The notes under the pieces are model-generated. The model was not told the DNA's origin. It was given only the letters and a program-made list of their open reading frames with translations, and did no database searches. Below are positions 18,558-27,469 of a stretch of 40,490 nucleotides of DNA, piece after piece; position 1 is the first letter of the stretch; each line of letters begins with the position of its first letter. This stretch comes from Burkholderiales bacterium (GTDB lineage: Bacteria; Pseudomonadota; Gammaproteobacteria; Burkholderiales; SG8-39): NCBI GenBank assembly GCA_964202115.1, contig CAXNIK010000002.1, positions 1-40,490 of the forward strand, written 5' to 3'. Position numbers and translations under genes: made by a program.

Positions 18558-19759
18558 GGTGTCTTCGCTCCGGCGAGCAGCGCGCGGGCCGCATGAGCGA
18601 CTTCGGAGACTTCGACATTCCGGACGCATTCCATGCCTTTGCATCCCAGATGACAGGCCAGGCAGGGTACCCTGGCCGTCAGCGTCAGAGACATTTCGCC
18701 GAGCGGACGGAAATAGGCAGGGTCGGTAATGCCCGACCAGACTGCAACGCAGGGCACCCCGGCAGCCGAGGCAATATGGCTGGCAAGGGACTCCACGCAC
18801 AGCACAAGTTTCGCCCTGCCCATGATCGCGATGAACGTGCCCCAGTCCAGCTTGTCGCACACATTGAGGCAATTGCGCACGCCGTGCGATACCAACTCGG
18901 CCGCGCGGGCCTCCCTTTCACCGGACCCGGTCAGCACGACTGCATGCCCTTCGCCGGTCATGGTCTCGACCAGCGCCCGCCATTTTTCGCGGGGCCACTC
19001 CCTCTTCGGCTCTCCCGTGCCCATGTGCACGATCACATAGGCGCCGGGCGCGAGCGATGCGCCTGCCAGAATGGCGGCGGCTGACCGCATGGCCTCGGCT
19101 GATGGCATCGGCAGGACGTAGCGAAGGTTTGTTGAGCCTCCTTTGCCTTGCAGCAAGGGCTCGAGCAGGTCGGCATGATAGGCCGATACCTGCCGGTCCG
19201 AGCGTCGCCATGTGAAGGGGTGCGTCAGCAGCGGCCCGAGGCCGCCGCTGATGTAGCCGATACGCACCGGTATCCCGGCCTGCCAAAGCAGGCCGATGAC
19301 ATTGGGTTTGGAATACAGGTTGACCGCGACGTCATACTGCCTGCTCCTGATTTCCAGCAACGCCTGCCTGCGGGTCCTCAGGTGGCGCCGCAGCTTCGCC
19401 AGCGAGCCTTCCGCAGAGCGGTTCAGGCGGCGATGATCCATGGTGTGCACCCAGTCGATCAGGGGATGGGACTGCAGCACGGGCAGGGACCATGATCCCG
19501 CCAGAAAGCCGATCTTTGCTCCGGGGAATGCCTCTTTCATCATGGGCAGGATGGCGGTCGAGATCAGGGTGTCGCCCAGATGAGCGATATTGGCAATGAG
19601 CACTCGTCTGGGGGCCGCGGCTGGTGCGGCATTGCGCCCGCGCGGAGCGAGAACGGCCAGAAACGCGTCGAGCGCGCCATAGAACAGCTTGAACTTGAGG
19701 CTGGAGTCCGGATAGCGCTTTTCCAGCCAGCGCGAGGATCGGCGGGCGGGGCTACGCAT
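18554..19759 (-). CDS. GT9-family (heptosyltransferase-like) glycosyltransferase
   Basis: RVLIANIAHLGDTLISTAILPMMKEAFPGAKIGFLAGSWSLPVLQSHPLIDWV is the typical GT9 N-terminal signature, with a C-terminal GTGEPKREWP...VLTGSGEREA...CVESLASHIASAAGVPCVAVW block. ATG at 19759. Confidence 0.75.
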   Translation of the reverse strand: MRSPARRSSRWLEKRYPDSSLKFKLFYGALDAFLAVLAPRGRNAAPAAAPRRVLIANIAHLGDTLISTAILPMMKEAFPGAKIGFLAGSWSLPVLQSHPLIDWVHTMDHRRLNRSAEGSLAKLRRHLRTRRQALLEIRSRQYDVAVNLYSKPNVIGLLWQAGIPVRIGYISGGLGPLLTHPFTWRRSDRQVSAYHADLLEPLLQGKGGSTNLRYVLPMPSAEAMRSAAAILAGASLAPGAYVIVHMGTGEPKREWPREKWRALVETMTGEGHAVVLTGSGEREARAAELVSHGVRNCLNVCDKLDWGTFIAIMGRAKLVLCVESLASHIASAAGVPCVAVWSGITDPAYFRPLGEMSLTLTARVPCLACHLGCKGMECVRNVEVSEVAHAARALLAGAKTP

Positions 19760-19836
19760 GGTCGCTGCCCGTTCCCTGCGGTATGACGTTAGTGCTGCCC
19801 ATGGGTGTCGATCCTGCGTCCTGCAATTCGTCAGGC

Positions 19837-20583
19837 TTACACACTGACAGTGCGCTTGCGGGTGGCGGTGCTCAACAGGTTTTCCGTATAGATGCCGCCC
19901 ATTCTCCCGCCGACGGCGATCCGTAGATAGAGCGAAATCAGGGGGCTGATGACTCTACGCCAGAGCATGGTTCTCACCATGCTCTTCCAGTCTGCGGGGA
20001 ACGGGCCCAGCGGGAAATGCTGGATAGTCTCGCTGTCATAGCCGGCCATTTTCAGGCTTTGCTCGATGCTGTGGACCGTGTAGGCCCGCTTGTGGGTCAC
20101 GTCGCCGTAGCGGTTGACGCAGAGTGGTGAAAGTCCGTTGGGCACCTGGATGATCAGCAGGCCGTCATCGGAAAGTGACTTTCTTATCTGGGCAAGCAGG
20201 CTGATCGAGTACTCGACATCGAGATGTTCCAGGACGTCCAGGAGCAGGATGGCCTGATAGGACTGCTTTGCTGCCTCAAGGAATGGGATTGGATCGGCCA
20301 CCTCGATGCTGGCGGCGAGACCCAGCCTGTTCCTGCCATATTCGATCTGCTCCGCACTGATGTCTATTCCCGTGACATTGGTGTAGCCAATTGCCATCAT
20401 GGCCTTGATATAGCGGCCATACCCGCAGCCCACGTCCAGGATATGCGCCTCCCTGTCTGCGGGAAGGTGCGCAAGCAGATGGTGGCGGAAATACTTGGCG
20501 GTCCATGCCGTCAATTCGCCTTCCTCGAAGCCGCGCAGCATGGTGGTCGAAGTGTAGTTGCCGTAAAGATCGGTGTCTTTCAT
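19837..20583 (-). CDS. Class I SAM-dependent methyltransferase
   Basis: ILDVGCGYGRYIKAMMAIGYTNVTGIDIS, ILLLDVLEHL, DDGLLIIQVPN. ATGA overlap with the upstream methyltransferase gene. Confidence 0.85.
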   Translation of the reverse strand: MKDTDLYGNYTSTTMLRGFEEGELTAWTAKYFRHHLLAHLPADREAHILDVGCGYGRYIKAMMAIGYTNVTGIDISAEQIEYGRNRLGLAASIEVADPIPFLEAAKQSYQAILLLDVLEHLDVEYSISLLAQIRKSLSDDGLLIIQVPNGLSPLCVNRYGDVTHKRAYTVHSIEQSLKMAGYDSETIQHFPLGPFPADWKSMVRTMLWRRVISPLISLYLRIAVGGRMGGIYTENLLSTATRKRTVSV

Positions 20584-21236
20584 GGTGCGGGCATCTTTTT
20601 CACGACCACCTCAATGGAGTACTCGCCGTCACTGTGCGCGTCAGGGGCGTCGATTGTATGTCCTTCCCTACAGATTTCCGCACGGACGATCATCTGACCC
20701 GGCAGCAGGCGCCGTATCAGCGGGACGATGCCAATGGTATCGGGGGCTTCGTCCCGGTCCAGCAAAAAGAAGTGCTTGTGGTCCAGGTTCCAGCGCGAGG
20801 GCAGGGTCTTTTTCTTTTCGTACAAGTCCCGCTCGGGAATGAAGATGATCAGGTGCCCCCCGGGCTTGAGCACCCGCCACCAGTTGGCCAGGGTCACGCC
20901 GGGGTCCACCATGTGCTCGAGCGTATGGGAGGCGTAAACAAAATCGAAACTTGCATCCGGTAGCCCGCGAAGGTACTGGGCGTCGCCATGCTCGAAATCC
21001 CAGCCCGTGCAGTTGGTCTCCAGCAAGTCGCCTCCATAGCCGATGTCCAGCCCCCGGCCCGTGCAGTATTTGTCGAAGAAGCCCTCGCGCAGCCTGCGCG
21101 CCCTGGCCTTCGCAGACTCGCCCTGCCTGGCGGGCCGGCCCAGGGTACGGTACTTTGCCTTCACCAAGGCGTAAAAGCATTGCTTGGCGGCATCGTATGC
21201 CGCTTTGGGGAGCAGGATTTTCAGGATGCGTTTCAT
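20580..21236 (-). CDS. Class I SAM-dependent methyltransferase (Methyltransf_11/23-like)
   Basis: GLDIGYGGDLL, FDFVYASHTLEHMVDP, LKPGGHLIIFIPERD. ATGA overlap with the upstream GT2 gene. Confidence 0.8.
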   Translation of the reverse strand: MKRILKILLPKAAYDAAKQCFYALVKAKYRTLGRPARQGESAKARARRLREGFFDKYCTGRGLDIGYGGDLLETNCTGWDFEHGDAQYLRGLPDASFDFVYASHTLEHMVDPGVTLANWWRVLKPGGHLIIFIPERDLYEKKKTLPSRWNLDHKHFFLLDRDEAPDTIGIVPLIRRLLPGQMIVRAEICREGHTIDAPDAHSDGEYSIEVVVKKMPAP

Positions 21237-22282
21237 GCTCCACCTTGTCTCAGGGTTTGTGACAGGCTGCGAATCAAGCGCCGCGCGGTTCTAGCAGTCA
21301 GGTACAGGGGTCGTAACGCCCAGAGCGGCAGAGCGACGAACGGATGCAGGAACAGCCAGTAGTTCCGGTACGGTCGGTACAGCCTGGTGATCTCGGCCAG
21401 GACTTCAGGGCTGGCGTGCGGATCCATATTGCAGCGCCTTGGTATGACCAAAATGTAAAAGCCCCGCACCAGGGCATTGAGCACCGTGTGCTCGGTTCTG
21501 GCCGACACCAGATTGTGGCTGCGCAGGATCTGGTATTCGCGGGCGCTGTCGATCAACGTCGTCAGCACGTTGTAGTTGTTCCCGTCCTGCGGATTGTGGC
21601 AGGCCAGCGCCAGCTTGCCGATGAAAATGCAGGGCTTGCGCGAACTCAGCAGCACATAGTGCGCAACGTTGACGGTGTAGCCGCGCGTGAAGCCCTTCTC
21701 GGCGTAACCTCGTACGGTCGGGATATGGGGCAGCGCAAGGCTGCGTTTCATGATGATGGCGGAGAAATGGGTGATCTCCAGTTCGCGCAGCGCTTCCTCG
21801 GGATCCAGGTAGGTCTTGTCCGGGCGTACAGTGGTTCTGCCGTAGACGATATCGTAGGGTTCGCCTGGCCAGTAGCCTGCGACATGCAGATACAACAGGC
21901 CGGCATTTGCGCCCGCGATGTTCTTCATGATCTCGTCGAACACGCCCGGCAGAGGAATGTCGTCATCGGAAAGCAGCCAGACGTAGGTTCCCGCAGCGGC
22001 CTCGATGGCCCTGAAGGCATTCTCGTCCATGCCCAGATTCCGCTCGTTGCACTGGTAACTCAATGCCGGATGCACCTTCCGGAAGGATTCCACGACGGAG
22101 TGGGTTTCATCGGTGGAGGCATTGTCCGAAATGAGCACCTGAACAGATGTCCAGTCCCGAATCTGCTTGAGCAGGTGATTCAGGGTGGTGCGCAGGAAGC
22201 GCGCTCGGTTGTACGTGGGGATGCAGATGGTGAGCTGAGGCATGATGGCTTGCGATGATAAGCGCTTTGGTTTCCTTGTCAT
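21233..22282 (-). CDS. GT2-family glycosyltransferase
   Basis: LTICIPTYNRARFLRTTLNHLL...ISDNASTDETHSVV, LLSDDD (DxD). ATGA overlap with the flippase-like gene's stop. Confidence 0.85.
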   Translation of the reverse strand: MTRKPKRLSSQAIMPQLTICIPTYNRARFLRTTLNHLLKQIRDWTSVQVLISDNASTDETHSVVESFRKVHPALSYQCNERNLGMDENAFRAIEAAAGTYVWLLSDDDIPLPGVFDEIMKNIAGANAGLLYLHVAGYWPGEPYDIVYGRTTVRPDKTYLDPEEALRELEITHFSAIIMKRSLALPHIPTVRGYAEKGFTRGYTVNVAHYVLLSSRKPCIFIGKLALACHNPQDGNNYNVLTTLIDSAREYQILRSHNLVSARTEHTVLNALVRGFYILVIPRRCNMDPHASPEVLAEITRLYRPYRNYWLFLHPFVALPLWALRPLYLTARTARRLIRSLSQTLRQGGA

Positions 22283-23655
22283 GCGCCGGGTTTCAGGCGC
22301 CTATGGGTTTCCTTCGCGGCCAGCACCCGGACATGCAATGGAACGAAAATGAGAACGGTGACGATAAGCAGGGCCGCCGCCAGCACTTCCGCGTCGAACC
22401 ACTTTGCGCTGGTGAATACGGTCGCCGCCGATACCACCGCGACGATGGCGGCTGTCTGCATCAGCGGCTCCTCCTTGAAGGCCCTCAGGTAGGAGGAAAT
22501 GCCGGTGGTGACGATATTGCCCAGGTTGGTGAGGCAGAGAAAGGCGAGGCCCCAGAGCGACAGTGTGCGCCCGTCGAAGCGCGGAAACCATGCCGCCAGG
22601 ATGCCGATGCCGAGCACCAGCGCCACCGAAAGGCATGCCCCTGCGAACAGGGCGCGCAGCGTGGCAGTCCGGGCCAGCCGGCCCGCTTCGGAGATGCGGC
22701 CTTCGGCGATAACCCGTCCCACAACGGGTGCCTGGGTGGCGATCCAGGCATTGCTGAGCAGGTAGATGATGCCGGTCAGTTTCAGGCTCATGCCGAGCTG
22801 GCCGGCCTCGGCGGCGCCGCGGTACTCGAAGACCAGGGGCACGAACAGGAAGCTCGTGAAGTAGGCGCAGACCCAGCTGACGGCGATTCGCCATTGCATG
22901 GGCAGGACTTCCCGCTTCCAGGAAAAATCCCGCACCAGACCTGGGGACAACGTCAGCGTCTGCCGGAGCAGTCCGGAATAACGCACGGCAATCCACCCTC
23001 CCAGGATGAGGCTGCTCGCAAGCATTTCGCATGCGGCGGCGTAGAGCTTGAATTCGCCAATCAGCAGGGGCCACACCACCAGGGGCGAGGCCATGACCTG
23101 GAAAAAGCGTATGCGCTGCACCTCCGCCACCATGCCGCAGCCTTCGAGCACCGCGAGCAGCGGGATCAGGAAGGTGCCGAAGGCGAAGCCAGCCATGAAG
23201 ACGATCCATGGCAGGAGGTAGTTGACCTCGAGGGACTCGGGCTTTCGGGTGAACATCCACGCACCGAGCGGGATGAGGATGATGACCAGCAGCAGGCTGA
23301 TCGCTCCATACCATAGCAGCGCCTTGCGCAACATGGCAAGCACTCGGTGCAGCGCGACGCTGTCCCCCTGCAGCCTGCCATCCGGCGACCATCGGAGCCG
23401 GGCGTATTCGTGGCTGGCGAACTGGGTCAGCACCACTCCCAGGCCCAGTTCCATCAGGATGGAAACGCCGGTCAGCGCGGAAAAGGCGTAATAGAAGCCC
23501 TGCTCGACTTCGGTAAGCGTGGACACCACGAGGATGAGCGTGACCGGCGATGCGAACAGTGTGAATGCTCGCGAGGACAGCACGAAGGACACGGCCCGGT
23601 CCAGCCCCATCAACTCCGCCACCCGCTTCAGCGCGGCTGCTGCGCTCTTGTGCAT
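22279..23655 (-). CDS. Polysaccharide flippase-like (MOP/Wzx-type) polytopic membrane protein
   Basis: About 458 aa counted from ATG 23655, which is preceded by AGGGGGG at about 8 nt (the TTG at 23784 is less likely). About 12 TM helices. The N-terminal pattern (LDRAVSFVLSSRAFTLFASPVTLILVVSTLTEVEQGFYYAFSAL) is typical of polysaccharide-biosynthesis flippases. Confidence 0.6.
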   Translation of the reverse strand: MHKSAAAALKRVAELMGLDRAVSFVLSSRAFTLFASPVTLILVVSTLTEVEQGFYYAFSALTGVSILMELGLGVVLTQFASHEYARLRWSPDGRLQGDSVALHRVLAMLRKALLWYGAISLLLVIILIPLGAWMFTRKPESLEVNYLLPWIVFMAGFAFGTFLIPLLAVLEGCGMVAEVQRIRFFQVMASPLVVWPLLIGEFKLYAAACEMLASSLILGGWIAVRYSGLLRQTLTLSPGLVRDFSWKREVLPMQWRIAVSWVCAYFTSFLFVPLVFEYRGAAEAGQLGMSLKLTGIIYLLSNAWIATQAPVVGRVIAEGRISEAGRLARTATLRALFAGACLSVALVLGIGILAAWFPRFDGRTLSLWGLAFLCLTNLGNIVTTGISSYLRAFKEEPLMQTAAIVAVVSAATVFTSAKWFDAEVLAAALLIVTVLIFVPLHVRVLAAKETHRRLKPGA

Positions 23656-23758
23656 CGTGCGCACCCCCCTGCCTGTCACGGTGCGCCCTTTCGGGCAGCA
23701 AGCGCTTTCCGGAGAAGCGCTTGTCGGAGCATGATCGTCCGGCGCGGAACAGATAGCT

Positions 23759-24778
23759 TCACGCCGCCGCCGCAGAATTGCCAATGGCGCGCTTCATGGC
23801 TCGCGCCAGCGCCAGAGACCATCGAGGCAGCAGCAGGACAGGACGGCACTGCAGCCAGTACTGCGGACAGTCGCGGTAGTTCGCCGCGAGCGCCGCCGCC
23901 GCCGCCTGTAGCGGTCGATTGTTCATCTTGAGCAGGACGAGTCTGCGGATGACGTTGTAAAGGATATTCTTGTTCCGCGCCTTGCGAATCGCTTGCGTCG
24001 AATAGCCGTACTGCGCCAGAGCATGCACGGCCGACGCCAGGCCGATCACGAATGTCCTGACCCAATGATCGTCGTCAAAGCGCGCAATGCCGCTACGGTA
24101 GAGTACCACCGGGCTCTCGATCAGAGCAGGACGGCAATTGACCGGTGCGCTGGCATAGACGCAGTACAGAAACGATGCGCCGCATTCCATGAACCGGTCG
24201 CGCTCGGCGGTCGGAACGGACAGGAAACGCTGCCGATGGGTGACGGAGCAGGAAATGAACCCCAGTGTCGTACTGTAGATCGCAAGTACGGCATCGCGGT
24301 CGTTCAGCAGCGACGGGCTTGCGATTGGCAGGCCACGCTTTTGCAGGACTCGCGAAAAATCCGGCGACATCACCGAGTACTGGCAGATGATTAGGTCATG
24401 GCCGGCGCGGACCTTTTCCAGAACCAGGCGTATCGCATCGGCGGTAATCTGGTCATCGTCGCCGAGCACCCACACGAAGCGTCCCCGCGCCCGCTCCATG
24501 GCAAGATAAAAGTTTTCATCGAGTACATTGCGCTCGTTGCGAAAGTAGGAGGCGTTCTGATGGTTCCGGACGAACCGCGTGGCCACCTCGGCCGTCGCCT
24601 TTTCGCTGGCATTGTCGGAGATGACGATTTCGACTGTATCCTCGATGCCCTCGAGCGAGCGCACGATGCTTTGCAGGCACTCTTCGAGCAACTGCGGGCG
24701 GTTGAAAGTCGGGACGCATATTGACAGCACGGGGTTGGCGTCCATGCTGCTGGTTTCTGCGTAAGAGATATGAGTCAT
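23759..24778 (-). CDS. GT2-family glycosyltransferase
   Basis: LSICVPTFNRPQLLEECLQSI...VISDNASEKAT, LGDDD. ATG at 24778, with an alternative ATG at 24745. Confidence 0.85.
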   Translation of the reverse strand: MTHISYAETSSMDANPVLSICVPTFNRPQLLEECLQSIVRSLEGIEDTVEIVISDNASEKATAEVATRFVRNHQNASYFRNERNVLDENFYLAMERARGRFVWVLGDDDQITADAIRLVLEKVRAGHDLIICQYSVMSPDFSRVLQKRGLPIASPSLLNDRDAVLAIYSTTLGFISCSVTHRQRFLSVPTAERDRFMECGASFLYCVYASAPVNCRPALIESPVVLYRSGIARFDDDHWVRTFVIGLASAVHALAQYGYSTQAIRKARNKNILYNVIRRLVLLKMNNRPLQAAAAALAANYRDCPQYWLQCRPVLLLPRWSLALARAMKRAIGNSAAAA

Positions 24779-24851
24779 CGGGTAAGTCTGGCGAATGTCG
24801 CTACTGTGGCGGGGGCTTCTCGGGGCTTGGGATCAGGCATGGTGATGTTCA

Positions 24852-25892
24852 TTAACTGCCGTCCCTCACCCGGACGCCGCGCGCATGCGGCCGACGCAGG
24901 ATGCGCTTGAGCAGCCTTATGGCCAGCGACAGGGCCGAAAGCAGCCACAGCCCGGCGAATTGCTCGCCCAGGCGCAACAGGGGGCGGGAGCGTGTCCTGT
25001 AGCCTCTGCATTGGCCGAGCATCCGGTCGAAGGCGAGGCGCATGGCGCGCAACTCCCCGGAATCGAACAGGTGGGCGTCGTGCAGGATCGCCATGGGCAG
25101 CCATGACTCCACCAGGCCGGCCCGGTATGCAAAGTCCTGGTCGGACGAAATGCCCTTCCTCCGCAGGTCGTACTGGAAGACCAGGTAATCGTGGCACAGG
25201 TGCTGCAGGCGATCGTAGTTGATCGCGTGTGGCGTGCGGGCTGCGACGCCGCGCGCGCCCATGAAGGCTGCCGGCAAATTGGAGCCGGCGGCGCAGCGCG
25301 GGGCGATTTCCGAAATGATGCCGCGCGCCCTGTTGTAATAGGCAGGGTCGAATTCCCGCATCAGTTCGGCGAGCGCGCGCTGCGCGAGATCGCGCCTGCA
25401 GGCGAGACCCGAGTAATGGCCGACGCTCGGATGGTTCATCAAATCGAGGCCGCGGGCGAAAATCCTGTCCTCGTCGGGGGCAAATTCTGCCGGATCGGGC
25501 CTGGTCGGATCATCGCGAAAGCTGATGTAGTTCATGGCCATGAGGCAGTAGGGGCCGCGCGGCAGGAAGGCGAGCAGGCGCTCAACCTGACCGGGCAGGT
25601 ACAGGTCGTCATCACACAGAAAGGCGATGTACTCACCCCGGGCCGTTTCAATGCACTTCATCTGGCTGCCGGCATAGCCGCGGTTCTCCGGCAATCTCGC
25701 CACGCAGACGCGGGGATCGTTGCGTGATGCATTCTGGAGCAATGCACCCGTGGCATCGGACGAGCCGTTGTCCACCACCAGCACCTCGACGCTGCCATCC
25801 CCCGGCACCTGCGGAAGCAGCCATCCCAGGCACTGTGCGAGCAGATGCGCCCTGTTATGGGTGGGAATCGCAATGGTCAATATCGGGAGCAT
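24852..25892 (-). CDS. GT2-family glycosyltransferase
   Basis: MLPILTIAIPTHNRAHLLAQCL...VVDNGSSDATGALL, LCDDD. ATG 25892 is preferred over TTG 25940 because it sits 13 nt downstream of the repaired stop of the upstream gene. Confidence 0.85.
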   Translation of the reverse strand: MLPILTIAIPTHNRAHLLAQCLGWLLPQVPGDGSVEVLVVDNGSSDATGALLQNASRNDPRVCVARLPENRGYAGSQMKCIETARGEYIAFLCDDDLYLPGQVERLLAFLPRGPYCLMAMNYISFRDDPTRPDPAEFAPDEDRIFARGLDLMNHPSVGHYSGLACRRDLAQRALAELMREFDPAYYNRARGIISEIAPRCAAGSNLPAAFMGARGVAARTPHAINYDRLQHLCHDYLVFQYDLRRKGISSDQDFAYRAGLVESWLPMAILHDAHLFDSGELRAMRLAFDRMLGQCRGYRTRSRPLLRLGEQFAGLWLLSALSLAIRLLKRILRRPHARGVRVRDGS

Positions 25893-25905
25893 GGCGGTTG
25901 TTGGC

Positions 25906-26674
25906 TCAAGCCCGATCTTCCCGCGAAGACTTTTGCGCAAAAAACAGCAATCCCCAAAAGCCGCCGTGGTCGGTCTGCTCCAAATGGATACGCCCGAACC
26001 CCGCGGACTGGAAGGCCTGCAGCAGTCGGTTGGCGTCGTAGAGATTAATCTGCATCAGCGGATCGGAAGTGGATCTTCCCTGCAGTAAGTTGAGCAGGAA
26101 GTGCAGTGGGGGAATGCGATGTCGCAGAGAATTCAGCATCTTGCGCGGCAGGGAGCAATCCCTGTGGTAGGTGAAATGAAGGACGGCACCCCCCCGGAGC
26201 CGTTTTGTCCAACAATCTCCTCAAGATATCCATGCCCTTTGCAGCCGGGATGTGCTGGAAGACGATGAAGGAATGGATAAGGTCAAATGGTTTGCAGGTC
26301 TCCATCCATGGATGGTCTGAGCGCTCGAAGCTCACGTCGGCCGTGGGTTGTGCAACCCCGACATTCCTTTTGGCTTCGTCGAGCATAGACGGAGAGATGT
26401 CTACGGCAACGACTTCCCTGCAAATCTTTGCCAGTGGAATGACCAGGCGTCCGACGCCGCAGCCGAAGTCGACAGCGCGCAAGGGGCTGAATGTATCGTC
26501 CAGGGTATTCCTGATGGTGTGCATGACCTGATCGATGTGATCCTCGCTGGACTGGAAGAATTGTTTTCTCGCTTCCTTTGAAAGTTTGCCAGAGCGATAG
26601 TCCTCGCATGTCAGGACAGCGTAGTAGGGATCCTTGCGGCCCCATTCTTCCCACTGGGTGTCAGCTGAAAACAT
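25906..26674 (-). pseudogene. Class I SAM-dependent methyltransferase interrupted by a +1 frameshift in a G7 homopolymer
   Basis: The N-terminal part (ORF 26045..26695, SAM motif AVDFGCGVGRLVIPL, FIVFQHIP) degenerates after ...LLDKTAPGG at the C7/G7 run 26189-26195. The -1 frame continues AVLHFTYHRD...MQINLYDANRLLQAFQSAGFGRIHLEQTDHGGFWGLLFFAQK to a stop at 25906 and includes the 77-aa ORF 25906..26139. Removing one G gives a contiguous MTase of about 256 aa. ATG 26674 follows AAGGAG. Confidence 0.8.
26189..26195 (-). repeat. G7 (C7 on + strand) homopolymeric tract at the frameshift site
   Basis: Read directly: ...ggacggca-ccccccc-ggagc... at 26189-26195. Confidence 0.95.
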
Positions 26675-26809
26675 CGCACGATGCTCCTTGTCCAAACCCC
26701 GCTTTGGGTGCCTTCAAAACATGCCGGCAGACCGGCTCACATGCCGTGCGCCAACTTGTCCAAATCATGCTGACCTGCTGCAGCGGGCCGGGGACTAGGA
26801 ATTCCATCG

Positions 26810-27463
26810 TCATGGTTTGCCGAAGAGCCGGACTATAGTGTGGGGCTGGTCCAGCGCGAGGTCTTGCCCGGCATTCTCAGGAGCGCTGGCGCCTCCGTAC
26901 CCCCAGGTCGCTAGCCCGAACTGCAGCCGGTTGGCGCCTGCTGCCTGGCGATCCTCGTCGCGATCGCCGATATAGGCCGTATGCAGCTGATCCAGCTTGT
27001 GCCCGGACAGGATGCGAGCAATCAGATCGGCCTTCCGCGCCAGGGGTGGCTCGAAGAAATCCAGTGCGTAGATGCCCCGGAAATACGGCGTCCAGCCCAG
27101 GAATTCGATGATCAGCCGGGTCGGCAGCAGACGCTTGTTGGTGGCGATGTAAAGAGAGTGGGATAGGGCCAGCTCGCGCAGCATTTCGGGCACACCGGTA
27201 AACACCCGCGTGAGCTTGTAGCCCTCCGTGTCGTAATGCGCCTTGAAGGCATCCGCCAGGGGACGCAGGACGGCGCTGTCGTTGCAGCCCGCCAGCTGCG
27301 CCAGGGTGTCCATGAGAGGAGGGCCGATCACATCGGAAGCCAGCGGCCGCACAGGGCTTATCCCGCACCGGGCGAAGGCGCCCGCGAAACTGCCGAGGAT
27401 GCCCTCCGAGGAGTCGATCAGCGTGCCGTCCAGGTCGAATATCAGGTGCGAAATGTTCTGCAT
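26810..27463 (-). CDS. HAD-superfamily (subfamily IA, phosphoglycolate-phosphatase-like) hydrolase
   Basis: Motif I LIFDLDGTLIDS, motif II YIATNK, motif IV AYIGDRDEDRQAA. ATG at 27463. Confidence 0.85.
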   Translation of the reverse strand: MQNISHLIFDLDGTLIDSSEGILGSFAGAFARCGISPVRPLASDVIGPPLMDTLAQLAGCNDSAVLRPLADAFKAHYDTEGYKLTRVFTGVPEMLRELALSHSLYIATNKRLLPTRLIIEFLGWTPYFRGIYALDFFEPPLARKADLIARILSGHKLDQLHTAYIGDRDEDRQAAGANRLQFGLATWGYGGASAPENAGQDLALDQPHTIVRLFGKP

Positions 27464-27469
27464 GCCTGT

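Noticed and set aside
17446-18872. N-terminal extensions suggested by the ORF track for the Wzy_C protein (to 17586) and the GT4 gene (to 18872); similarly 28538-28669 for the SDR and 23656-23784 for the flippase
   Set aside because: The extensions overlap the upstream genes, have odd composition and mostly use non-ATG starts. Internal ATGs give ATGA coupling or good SD sequences and family-typical N-termini.
22255-23701. Long alternative-frame and antisense ORFs (22255..23316 +, 353 aa; 22301..23701 -, 466 aa) over the flippase-like gene
   Set aside because: They are low-complexity, Arg/Gly/Pro/His-rich translations. The third frame gives a coherent 12-TM membrane protein with an SD-preceded ATG, so these are shadow ORFs.
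26045-26695. Treating the 216-aa ORF as an intact methyltransferase gene
   Set aside because: Its last 55 or so residues (CRPSFHLPQGLLPAAQDAEF...) lose all family resemblance exactly after the G7 tract. The neighbouring frame carries the expected C-terminus, so it is called a frameshifted gene (25906-26674) instead.
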